A DNA stretch of 57,845 nt, taken from IMG/VR virus record IMGVR_UViG_3300006353_000001. One strand, 5' to 3'. This DNA comes from a virus. The notes under the pieces were generated by a model. That model was given only the letters and a program-made list of their open reading frames with translations, made no database searches and was not told the DNA's origin. Made by a program: the position numbers and the translations under genes. Positions 24,670 through 32,089 of the stretch are shown here, one piece after another (the first letter of the stretch is position 1; each line of letters begins with the position of its first letter).

Positions 24670-25487
24670 TGCGGACCCTCCAAGGCTCCAACAACCTCCA
24701 CACCATCATGCTGGCGTACGGCACCTGCATGAAGGCCAAGGAGGTCGAGATCCGTGGCCAGAAGTGCCGCAACGTCCGTGACATGGCGCTCCTGCTCGAC
24801 GCTCGAAAGTGTCCGGTCACTGCCTTCAGGGCTAGGAATCTCAACCTCACCTACGCCAAGAAGGAGATGCTGTGGTACCTCGGCGCAGACCCGAAGGACG
24901 ACTCGATCGAGAAGCATGCCACGATGTGGAAGAAGCTGAAGCAGGCGGACGGCTCCTACTTCAGCAACTACGGGCAATACATCTTCGACGACGCGAATCA
25001 GCCCAGTCAATTCGTCTACGTGATCAATACGTTGGCCGAGGACCCTCAGTCCCGCCGTGCGAGCATGGTCCTGCTGCAGCCGAAGCACCTCTTCCGTGAG
25101 AACACAGATGTCGTGTGCACGTACGCTCTGCAGTTCACGATCGAGGACAGCATGCTCCACATGACCGTGCTGATGCGGAGCAACGACATCGTGTTCGGGT
25201 TCACGAACGACGCGTTCTGCTTCTGGAACATCATGGCATTGGTGTACGCCGTGCTGCTCAAGAAGTACCCGACCCTGGTGATGGGCACCTACACCCACTT
25301 CGCTGGCAGCATGCACGTCTACGAGCGGCATTACAAGATGCTGAACGAGATCGTCGGCGAGCCCAACGGCGGTTCGTTCAGAGTGGACGTGCCGTTCCCG
25401 ACGTCCGAAGAGGCCGTCGCCCTCGTCAAGTCCAATGGCAGGGAGGGCGACGGTGAATACACCAAATGGCTCAAGGCCGAGTCGTGA
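24669..25487 (+). CDS. Thymidylate-synthase-fold pyrimidine hydroxymethylase, T4 gp42 (dCMP hydroxymethylase)-like
   Basis: 272 aa. Motifs EMLWYL, SNYGQYIF, DPQSRRASMVLLQP, VVC(150)TYALQF, MRSNDIVFGFTND(181) and MHVYERHY. Cys codon at 25116..25118; Asp codon at 25209..25211, which is nucleophile +31. Confidence 0.75.
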   Translation: MRTLQGSNNLHTIMLAYGTCMKAKEVEIRGQKCRNVRDMALLLDARKCPVTAFRARNLNLTYAKKEMLWYLGADPKDDSIEKHATMWKKLKQADGSYFSNYGQYIFDDANQPSQFVYVINTLAEDPQSRRASMVLLQPKHLFRENTDVVCTYALQFTIEDSMLHMTVLMRSNDIVFGFTNDAFCFWNIMALVYAVLLKKYPTLVMGTYTHFAGSMHVYERHYKMLNEIVGEPNGGSFRVDVPFPTSEEAVALVKSNGREGDGEYTKWLKAES

Positions 25488-25914
25488 CGCCTACTTCGTG
25501 CAGATGACCGCGCTCGTCGCGCAACGCGCGACGTGTGCTCGGCGCCAGGTGGGGTGCGTGCTGGTGAACGAGCAGGGTCACGTGATGGCCACAGGCTACA
25601 ACGGTGTCTGTCACGGCGCTGTCCACTGCATCGACGTGCCATGCCCAGGCGCCAAGTTCCCGTCTGGCCAGGGGCTGCACCTGTGCGAGGCGATCCACGC
25701 GGAGCAGAATGCTCTGTTGCAGTGTAGGGACATCAACGAGATACACACTGCCTACGTCACGTCCAGCCCATGCATCCACTGTGTCAGGCTGCTGTGCAAC
25801 ACCGGCGTCAAGCGCGTCGTCTTCTCTGAGGTCTACCCACATGCCGAATCCGAACGAGTCGCCAGAAACCATGGTATTGAATGGATCCACCACGCCGATC
25901 CACAAGTGCTTTGA
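25435..25914 (+). CDS. dCMP deaminase
   Basis: 159 aa. Motifs RATCARRQVGCVLV, CEAIHAEQNAL and SPCIHCVRLL (HAE + PCxxC zinc motifs). The start overlaps the hydroxymethylase by 53 nt. Confidence 0.85.
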   Translation: MAGRATVNTPNGSRPSRDAYFVQMTALVAQRATCARRQVGCVLVNEQGHVMATGYNGVCHGAVHCIDVPCPGAKFPSGQGLHLCEAIHAEQNALLQCRDINEIHTAYVTSSPCIHCVRLLCNTGVKRVVFSEVYPHAESERVARNHGIEWIHHADPQVL

Positions 25915-26131
25915 GCACTTCCTCGAATTCAACGACCTGAAGAACTGCACGAAGGAGCAGATTCAGCAGATGGAGTTCGTGTTCTACTGCTCCGCCATGC
26001 ACACGTACAACATCCTTGTCGAGTGCATGCGACGGGACCCGTCCATGACCCTGATGGTCAGTGTGACGGCCGCCATGCGATCTGACCTGAACGACTACTT
26101 CGAAGACAAACCCTCACCAACCATCAACTGA
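25871..26131 (+). CDS. Hypothetical protein (86 aa)
   Basis: ORF track 25604..26131. The part upstream of ATG 25871 lies inside the deaminase gene and is probably not translated. Confidence 0.45.
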   Translation: MVLNGSTTPIHKCFEHFLEFNDLKNCTKEQIQQMEFVFYCSAMHTYNILVECMRRDPSMTLMVSVTAAMRSDLNDYFEDKPSPTIN

Positions 26132-26133
26132 CT

Positions 26134-26412
26134 ATGAGCATCATCATCTACGGCCCAGTCGGTGTGGGCAAAACTTACAACGCCGAAGCTCTGAAGAAGC
26201 ACTTCAAGATGAGGTACGTCCGCGACGCCAACGACTACCCGCCGGCCATCGACCCGTACCCGAAAACTCTTGGTCAGATGGAGGAATTCAAGGCCGGGTT
26301 CGAGCTGTTCCTCACGGACACGTTTCCGCCCGAGAACTACCCGTTCCGCGCCACACGGCGCATCTTGTCGTACGCCGAAGCCTGCAAACTGGCCAACATC
26401 GAACAGCCCTGA
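26134..26412 (+). CDS. Small P-loop protein (92 aa)
   Basis: The N-terminal IIIYGPVGVGKTYNAE is a Walker A motif. I saw no clear Walker B, and the protein is unusually short for an NTPase. Confidence 0.45.
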   Translation: MSIIIYGPVGVGKTYNAEALKKHFKMRYVRDANDYPPAIDPYPKTLGQMEEFKAGFELFLTDTFPPENYPFRATRRILSYAEACKLANIEQP

Positions 26413-26451
26413 TCGACGGCGTGTACAACGGCAGCCGGAAGGCTGTACAAT
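26411..26451 (+). promoter_or_regulatory. Promoter P4 (GATCGAC 26411; -35 TGTACA 26422; -10 TACAAT 26446)
   Basis: 18-nt spacer. The core GGCGTGTACAACGGCAGCCGGAAGGCTGTACAAT is nearly identical to P10 and P11. It is followed by SD GGAGAG and ATG 26470. Confidence 0.65.
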
Positions 26452-26469
26452 AATCACTTTGGAGAGTGT

Positions 26470-27567
26470 ATGCAAGACCTTCAATGGACGCCGCTTTGGC
26501 GCAAGAATTCTCTGGGCATCGGCACGTGGCGTGTCTGTGCCATGGTCGAGACCGCCACGCGCGGCAAAATCTTCATCGCGCACAGCACAGTCGAGGGTGG
26601 CAGTGAGGTGCGGCACGAGGATCCAGTCGTCACCAACAACTCCGGCCGCACCATCCAGCAGCAGCTGGACCTCGAGATGGCCTCCCGCATCAGTCGGATG
26701 AAGGACAAGGGCTACAAGGAGACGCGCGAGGCAGCTCTGTTGGGCAGCACGAATCAGATGGGCCTGGCCAATCCCATGCTGGCGTTGGCCCTCGCCAAGG
26801 TCACGCTGACCCAGTCGATGATGGCCAACGCCTACGTGCAGCCGAAGTTCGACGGTCACCGGTGCCTGATCACTAAGCAGGGCGGCGACATCCTCGCCTA
26901 CACCCGCAAGGGCAAGCCGATCACCACCATCCCGCACATCCTCGAAGACGCATATCGGTGGATGCAGGAGGGCGACACCCTCGACGGCGAATTGTACATC
27001 CACGGCATGAAACTGCAATCTATCAGCAGCCTCATCAAGGCGGAGCAGCCTGACAGCCGTAAGCTGAACTATCATTGGTACGACATGGTTGATCGCACGA
27101 GGTTCTTCGATCAACGGTTCGCCACGATGCGGGACCTGCACGCCAATTGCGAGACTAAGCAGATCGAGCTCGTGCCGACCGAGAAGGTCACGAAGATGGC
27201 CGAGGTCTACGATCACTTCAAGAAGTCCCGAGCCGCGGGCTTGGAGGGCTCGATGCTGCGACTGTCCATCGCCGGGTATCAGGACGGCGCCCGTGTCTCG
27301 CAGCTGATAAAGGTCAAGGCGCGTGAGGACGGCGAGGTCACCGTGCTGGGCGGGCGCGCCTCGTCACAGGGCTGGGCTATTCTGCGAGTAGACTTCAACG
27401 GCAAGCAATTCGACATCTCGGCTCCAGGCTCCGTGCCGGAGAAGACCGAGGTACTGAAGAACCTCGACAGATACATCGGCAAATTGCTGACGATCGAGTA
27501 TGCCATGCTCACTGACGACGGGATCCCGTTCCACGCCGTCGCCACAAGGTGGAGGGATGACCTGTGA
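26470..27567 (+). CDS. ATP-dependent DNA ligase
   Basis: 365 aa. Motif I QPKFDGHRC, motif III LDGELY, motif IV region, motif V EGSMLR..LIKVK. It has an N-terminal extension of ~120 aa. Confidence 0.85.
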   Translation: MQDLQWTPLWRKNSLGIGTWRVCAMVETATRGKIFIAHSTVEGGSEVRHEDPVVTNNSGRTIQQQLDLEMASRISRMKDKGYKETREAALLGSTNQMGLANPMLALALAKVTLTQSMMANAYVQPKFDGHRCLITKQGGDILAYTRKGKPITTIPHILEDAYRWMQEGDTLDGELYIHGMKLQSISSLIKAEQPDSRKLNYHWYDMVDRTRFFDQRFATMRDLHANCETKQIELVPTEKVTKMAEVYDHFKKSRAAGLEGSMLRLSIAGYQDGARVSQLIKVKAREDGEVTVLGGRASSQGWAILRVDFNGKQFDISAPGSVPEKTEVLKNLDRYIGKLLTIEYAMLTDDGIPFHAVATRWRDDL

Positions 27568-27752
27568 AATGCAATCTGTGCGGTAGGGGCGTGTTCGAGA
27601 TCGGCGGCTATCTCGAACGAGTCAACCAGAAGGGTGTGCCCGGCGTATTCGAGTGCCGACCCAACTGTGACGCTCAACAATCTCAGGAGGAGAACCTCCT
27701 GCAAGCCATTGATGGAGGTAAGGGTGAACCCGATCTACCATCGAACCAATAA
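27564..27752 (+). CDS. Small Cys-containing protein (62 aa)
   Basis: GTG start 7 nt after SD GGAGGG, overlapping the ligase stop. Cys motifs CNLCG...CRPNC suggest a zinc ribbon. Confidence 0.45.
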   Translation: MKCNLCGRGVFEIGGYLERVNQKGVPGVFECRPNCDAQQSQEENLLQAIDGGKGEPDLPSNQ

Positions 27753-27960
27753 TATGCTGTTGGCCGCCAACGGCATTCCCGACACGATCGACATCACGGC
27801 CACGATGTTGACGAAGGACGATGGGAAGTTGCACGCCGTCGTCACGATGTGGAAGCCCACGCCGGAGGAGCTGGAACTGCTGAACTCCAACGGCTGTGTG
27901 GCGCTCCACGTGCACAGTGCCTCGCACCCTCCTGTGTGGGTGTCGGTGGAACCCATATGA
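27724..27960 (+). CDS. Hypothetical protein (78 aa)
   Basis: ORF track 27634..27960. GTG 27724 is preceded by SD GGAGG at 5 nt. ATG 27754 is an alternative start. Confidence 0.45.
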   Translation: MNPIYHRTNNMLLAANGIPDTIDITATMLTKDDGKLHAVVTMWKPTPEELELLNSNGCVALHVHSASHPPVWVSVEPI

Positions 27961-28244
27961 TGCCGTTCGAGGAGGGTTGGATTCCGAGGGGTTGGACCCG
28001 TGGTGAGAAGTTGTACCATCGCCCGGCCCAAAACTTGCCCGGTCGATTCACAGGCACCATCGAGCCACTCGTGGAGATGGTGGACGGGTGGCCGAGCGTG
28101 CCTCCGCTCGGCCCGGGCGATGTGGTACCCGACGTAGTCATCGTCCGTTACGACTGGTCAGAGCGTGGCAAGGTCATGAAGTGGTTGGAGTGGTGGACGG
28201 CCGTCAAATCTGATGCATCTGCATGGAATCCGAATGGACGATAA
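27957..28244 (+). CDS. Hypothetical protein (95 aa)
   Basis: ATG 27957 overlaps the upstream stop (ATGA). ORF track 27849..28244. Confidence 0.5.
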   Translation: MMPFEEGWIPRGWTRGEKLYHRPAQNLPGRFTGTIEPLVEMVDGWPSVPPLGPGDVVPDVVIVRYDWSERGKVMKWLEWWTAVKSDASAWNPNGR

Positions 28245-28677
28245 CCCTGAACGATTGGACGCCCTCAACTTGCTGTGCGGTTCGGAGATAGGCCGTGGCA
28301 TGACGCGTCATGTCTTCGAATGCCGTCTCCGACCGGAGTTAGTAGTCAAGGTGGAGAGGGGCGACCGGTCACACTTCCAAAACATCCTCGAGTGGCACGT
28401 GTGGAGTCGGGTGGCCGGTACTGCTTACGAGCAGTGGTTTGCTCCGGTGGAACACCTGTCCCACGAGGGCCGCCTGCTGCTGATGTGGAAGACCGAACCG
28501 CTCCGAGCCGACGAACTGCCTAAGAAGATGCCTGCGTTCTTCACTGATCTGAAGGCTAGGAACTTCGGCGTGCTACAAGGGCGTGTGGTGTGCCACGACT
28601 ACGGCAGTACCCTGCTAAATGAGGTAGGCATGACCAAGCGCATGCAGACTGTGACCTCTTGGAGGATGACAGGATGA
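28213..28677 (+). CDS. Minimal protein-kinase-like protein
   Basis: 154 aa. Gly-rich loop plus Lys (GSEIGRGMTRHVFECRLRPELVVKVE), catalytic-loop-like FFTDLKARNFGV, and DFG-like VVCHDYG. Confidence 0.45.
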   Translation: MHLHGIRMDDNPERLDALNLLCGSEIGRGMTRHVFECRLRPELVVKVERGDRSHFQNILEWHVWSRVAGTAYEQWFAPVEHLSHEGRLLLMWKTEPLRADELPKKMPAFFTDLKARNFGVLQGRVVCHDYGSTLLNEVGMTKRMQTVTSWRMTG

Positions 28678-28916
28678 CCTACAGACCTACATACTGCAAA
28701 TCCCCAGATCTGACTGGTAGTTCGTGTGAAGGCTGTACGGATCGATGCACGTACAAGCCGCTCACGACATTCATGTGTGGACCGAATCGAACGTGTCAGC
28801 ACGATATGTCCGGCTGGGAGGACATAGTCGAATCCGACGGACGTGTCAGTGGCGGTACGTCCAAGTGCGTGATCTGTGGAGAGACCGCGTACAACCTCTC
28901 TATGTGGGGAGGCTGA
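28674..28916 (+). CDS. Cys-rich small protein (80 aa)
   Basis: ATG 28674 lies 7 nt after SD GGAGGA and overlaps the upstream stop (ORF track starts at TTG 28659). Ten Cys, including CEGCTDRC and CVICG. Confidence 0.5.
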   Translation: MTYRPTYCKSPDLTGSSCEGCTDRCTYKPLTTFMCGPNRTCQHDMSGWEDIVESDGRVSGGTSKCVICGETAYNLSMWGG

Positions 28917-29258
28917 GTGGCACTGATCCACAATCGCAAGATTCCAGTCCACGCGATGGCCTTTGCGGAGATGTGCCTGCTCCTGAATCAGGACGGGCAC
29001 ACCCGCATCCAACTGCGTGACAAGCTCGGTCTGAATCAGGTTACGATCAACAATTGGATAACATTGCTGATCCGTCGTAAGCTGATCTATATCTGTGATT
29101 GGGTGCCGCCGATCCGTGGCAACTTCACGCCCGTATGGGCTTGGGGTTACTGTGTCAAGGACGTGCCTAAGCCGCCTCCGATGACCAAGACTCAGTACCA
29201 GCAGAGGTATGTCGCTAAGAAACGCCGAACGTTCGGCTTAACTGGAGTAAGTGCATGA
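28917..29258 (+). CDS. Winged-helix / HTH DNA-binding protein (candidate regulator)
   Basis: 113 aa. GTG start after SD GGGAGG. IQLRDKLGLNQVTINNWITLLIRRKLI has a helix-turn-helix pattern. The C-terminus is basic. Confidence 0.45.
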   Translation: MALIHNRKIPVHAMAFAEMCLLLNQDGHTRIQLRDKLGLNQVTINNWITLLIRRKLIYICDWVPPIRGNFTPVWAWGYCVKDVPKPPPMTKTQYQQRYVAKKRRTFGLTGVSA

Positions 29259-29518
29259 ACAATACCGACGACGGAAAGACCGTAGCACCCAACGACAACG
29301 CGTCCGGTCAGGCTATGGAGTGTCCTGGCGACGGGTCTTTTGACAAGGATGGCAAGCCCATCCGCTACCGCCACGCCTGGTCGTGGGTGTGGGCCGACCA
29401 CCCCACCGACAAGACGTTGAGGGTATGGACCGACCGAATGCGGTGCGACAACTGTCGGCAGGAGAAGCAGTCCAGTCGGGGAGAGGGTGACGTGGAGGTC
29501 ACGAGGGTGCTGCTATGA
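29255..29518 (+). CDS. Hypothetical protein (87 aa)
   Basis: ORF track with an ATGA overlap on the upstream gene. Confidence 0.5.
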   Translation: MNNTDDGKTVAPNDNASGQAMECPGDGSFDKDGKPIRYRHAWSWVWADHPTDKTLRVWTDRMRCDNCRQEKQSSRGEGDVEVTRVLL

Positions 29519-29961
29519 CACACTGGGTCCTCGGATTCGCCTTCGACGACCTGGGCAGGGTGGCGCTCATTCGCAAGAACAAGCCTGATTGGCAACACGG
29601 CCGTTGGAACGGCATCGGAGGCAGAGTTGAACAAGAAGCATGCTTCGACGCTATGGAGCGCGAGTTTCGTGAAGAGACCGGAGTCACGATCTCCGCCGAG
29701 CGTTGGCGACTCGTCGGCGACATCCAAGTCCCCACTGGCAGGGTCGACGTCTTCACCTACACCGGGCCGGAGATTCGACATTGCAAGACTGTGGAAGCGG
29801 AGCCCGTGACCCTCTTCCTGATCGAAGCTGTGCGGAAGCACCTCACTTGCATCGAGAACGTCGTGGCACTGATCGAGCTGTGTCAGATCAAGCCGGATGC
29901 CACTGCGGCGCCGACTCCGCACTTTACGTTGAAGTACGAGCTCGGAACGTCGCACAGGTGA
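29515..29961 (+). CDS. Nudix hydrolase
   Basis: 148 aa with a complete Nudix box, GGRVEQEACFDAMEREFREETGV (GX5EX7REUXEEXGU). Confidence 0.8.
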   Translation: MTHWVLGFAFDDLGRVALIRKNKPDWQHGRWNGIGGRVEQEACFDAMEREFREETGVTISAERWRLVGDIQVPTGRVDVFTYTGPEIRHCKTVEAEPVTLFLIEAVRKHLTCIENVVALIELCQIKPDATAAPTPHFTLKYELGTSHR

Positions 29962-29965
29962 CGCG

Positions 29966-30040
29966 TCCGGGACGTTCGGTGATACGTCCGGGAGTCCCGG
30001 ACGTATAGTACGTATAAACACCAAGTAGACGGCTCCCGGA
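29966..30040 (+). repeat. Composite palindrome element, copy B (TCCGGGA 29966; TCCGGGAGTCCCGGA 29987..30001; TCCCGGA 30034..30040)
   Basis: Same 21-nt and 47-nt offsets as copy A. The spacer CGTATAAACACCAAGTAGACGGC is identical to copy A. Confidence 0.8.
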
Positions 30041-30106
30041 AAAATTCACTCTAAAAAGTCCGGGGACAGGGGACAGCCCCAGTAATTGTAACACAACGTA
30101 ACCGAT

Positions 30107-30146
30107 GATCAAAAGTGTGTACTCCTGGTCGCTCCTGGAGTACAAT
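30107..30146 (+). promoter_or_regulatory. Promoter P5 (GATCAAA 30107; -35 TGTACT 30118; -10 TACAAT 30141)
   Basis: 17-nt spacer. ATG 30153 (a 29-codon uORF) lies 7 nt after the -10 box. Confidence 0.6.
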
Positions 30147-30152
30147 AGCTAC

Positions 30153-30327
30153 ATGTTCAAAGACGCGCATTCTCCAGCCATGACGGGGCAGTGGTGCAAA
30201 AAGCCGGGGTCCGGGCGCGTCTTGCACACCTCACGGGTGTGATTGCATATGCCGGACCTCGGCGCCCCTCAATTATCCGGGAGCCGGGTGGCCCTCCCTC
30301 GACGAGCCACTAACATTGGAGAATGTT
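30153..30327 (+). promoter_or_regulatory. Long structured 5' leader (about 175 nt) with uORF
   Basis: A 9-bp long-range stem AAGACGCGC (30160..30168) / GCGCGTCTT (30215..30223). A hairpin CACACC-tcacg-GGTGTG (30225..30241). A TCCGGGAGCC box at 30277..30286. Confidence 0.4.
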
Positions 30328-30627
30328 ATGCAGAAGCGTCACCTCAGACTGGTGCATACTGATGCCCAGGTCGCGGCGTCAGTTCGCAAGAAGAAAACTG
30401 CCACTACGGAGCGCCGTTTCCAGACCGACTACGCCGGCGCCTGGCCCGGCCATTGCAAGACGCGTGAGTCAGCGCTCATGGCTGCCTGCAAGCACATCAT
30501 CTCCGACAACTACGTCAGGGCCACGATCACCGACAAGCACACCGGCGAGACCGTCGCCCGTGTGAGGGTTTCGGCCGACCGCAAGCGCGCGATCATCGAA
30601 ACCGTCAAACCGTTCAAGAAGGTGTGA
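30328..30627 (+). CDS. Hypothetical basic protein (99 aa)
   Basis: ORF track 30316..30627. ATG 30328 is preceded by SD GGAGA (30317..30321). Confidence 0.5.
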   Translation: MQKRHLRLVHTDAQVAASVRKKKTATTERRFQTDYAGAWPGHCKTRESALMAACKHIISDNYVRATITDKHTGETVARVRVSADRKRAIIETVKPFKKV

Positions 30628-30628
30628 C

Positions 30629-30952
30629 ATGGCGATCTGTAAATTCTGCCACGGGCAGATGTCCTGGGGGCGGGACGATGTCGCGGATAGGTGGATCCCC
30701 CTCGTCCCGTTGGAGGAGCATGAGGGTCTCACCCGCACATTCATGGACGAGAACGGCGTGCTGCGTGCTGAACACCGATTGATCTGCCCTGCGAGGCTGG
30801 GTCCGTCGGCCGTCCGTGTTCAGCGCCTCGCCGTGCCGGTCCAGGGCGACGAGATCATCAGTCCGATGCCCCAGGAGTCACAGCAGCCACGACGTCGCCG
30901 TCGCAAGAGCAAGACGTCCGAAGCGGCCATCTCAGACGACATCCCCTTCTGA
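30629..30952 (+). CDS. Zinc-ribbon-like protein ending in an SSB C-terminal tip motif (…SDDIPF)
   Basis: 107 aa. N-terminal CKFCHG, an Arg-rich stretch QQPRRRRRKSK, and last residues AISDDIPF. Confidence 0.55.
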   Translation: MAICKFCHGQMSWGRDDVADRWIPLVPLEEHEGLTRTFMDENGVLRAEHRLICPARLGPSAVRVQRLAVPVQGDEIISPMPQESQQPRRRRRKSKTSEAAISDDIPF

Positions 30953-30954
30953 CC

Positions 30955-31431
30955 ATGGACAAATACGTAGAAACCTACATCAAAGTCAACGTCCACGTCG
31001 ATGCGGCACAGCGGGTGTGGTGCAAGGGCGAGCAGCTCCACCCTGTCAACGACGGGGTCGTGCAGAAATTCCTGCTACCGATCAGCAAGATCCTCTTCAC
31101 GTTCCAAGACTTCAAGTTGGCCGGCGCCCGAGTGGACGTGGTCACACTGCGGTCGCTAGCCCAACAGGGCGCCGAGGGGCGTTGGAAGGAGAACATCGAG
31201 CAACGGCGCAAGGACGGGTTGCCAAGCAACGTCTACATCGCCAACGCCCGCACGGTGGAGTACAACCTCGCCAAGGGCAAACCAGCTCCCGTGCTGAAGT
31301 ACGTCGGCCGTAGACGGGATCAGATCACCGAAGTCTACGACACCGTGGACGAGGTGGTGGACGCTATGTCCAGGGGCCTGTGGCGCAAGGAATTCGCCCG
31401 TGGTGGTAGAGCAAAAAGGAGAATCAAATGA
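30955..31431 (+). CDS. Hypothetical protein (158 aa)
   Basis: ORF track. Tightly packed, with a basic C-terminus. Confidence 0.55.
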   Translation: MDKYVETYIKVNVHVDAAQRVWCKGEQLHPVNDGVVQKFLLPISKILFTFQDFKLAGARVDVVTLRSLAQQGAEGRWKENIEQRRKDGLPSNVYIANARTVEYNLAKGKPAPVLKYVGRRRDQITEVYDTVDEVVDAMSRGLWRKEFARGGRAKRRIK

Positions 31432-31706
31432 ACGGAAAACGCTTTTCGATCTTCAGCCGTGAGGCTCGGATGCCCCCGGAGGAGCAGCTCCGCCGTGAGG
31501 CCGAGGTGGAGGCCGCCGGGCTGGAGCGGGACATCCTGCAGAAGAGTCTCGACGCCATCAAGATGAATCACGAGCTGCAGATCAAGCAGGTGATGATCCA
31601 GTGTGCCATCGCACAGCGGAAGCACCTGCTCGAATGGCTCAGCCGTGAGATCCCGGTCGGCATGGCCGCCGAGCGGGTGGACGAGATCCTGCGAGGCACG
31701 CCTTGA
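31428..31706 (+). CDS. Hypothetical coiled-coil protein (92 aa)
   Basis: ORF track with an ATGA overlap. Confidence 0.5.
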   Translation: MNGKRFSIFSREARMPPEEQLRREAEVEAAGLERDILQKSLDAIKMNHELQIKQVMIQCAIAQRKHLLEWLSREIPVGMAAERVDEILRGTP

Positions 31707-32089
31707 AGCCGCAGCACAAGGCATCCGTCACGAGGGTGGCGGAGGTCATGGCCGTCGCCCTCGTCCGGCTGAGGAAGATGTCACTACCGTGCGAGGTCCC
31801 GCAAGTCGTGATCCACAGGAGCGTCATGACCCCGCTCGTGGTCTACAACGGCACGACGCACAAGCTCTTCCTCCGTGAGGACTGGCTCGACAAGGACCCG
31901 AGCCTGGCTGAGGTGCGAGACCCTGTGCTCGACGCCATGGCCACTCTGGGCCTCGTGCTGGACCACAAGAAGCGCCTCGACAGGCACAGGACTGCCGCCG
32001 TGCCGAGCAAGGTGCAGGTGCCACAGTTGGCAGGCTACAAGTCGGCCAAGTGGCGGTACTTCCACAACCTCCTGGTGAAGTCATGCTAA
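31703..32089 (+). CDS. Hypothetical protein (128 aa)
   Basis: ORF track. TTG start overlapping the upstream stop; the start is uncertain. Confidence 0.45.
   Translation: MKPQHKASVTRVAEVMAVALVRLRKMSLPCEVPQVVIHRSVMTPLVVYNGTTHKLFLREDWLDKDPSLAEVRDPVLDAMATLGLVLDHKKRLDRHRTAAVPSKVQVPQLAGYKSAKWRYFHNLLVKSC

Noticed and set aside
26095-27216. 373-aa ORF on the minus strand
   Set aside because: It is antisense to the DNA ligase (KxDGxR and the other motifs are on the + strand). It is a shadow ORF.
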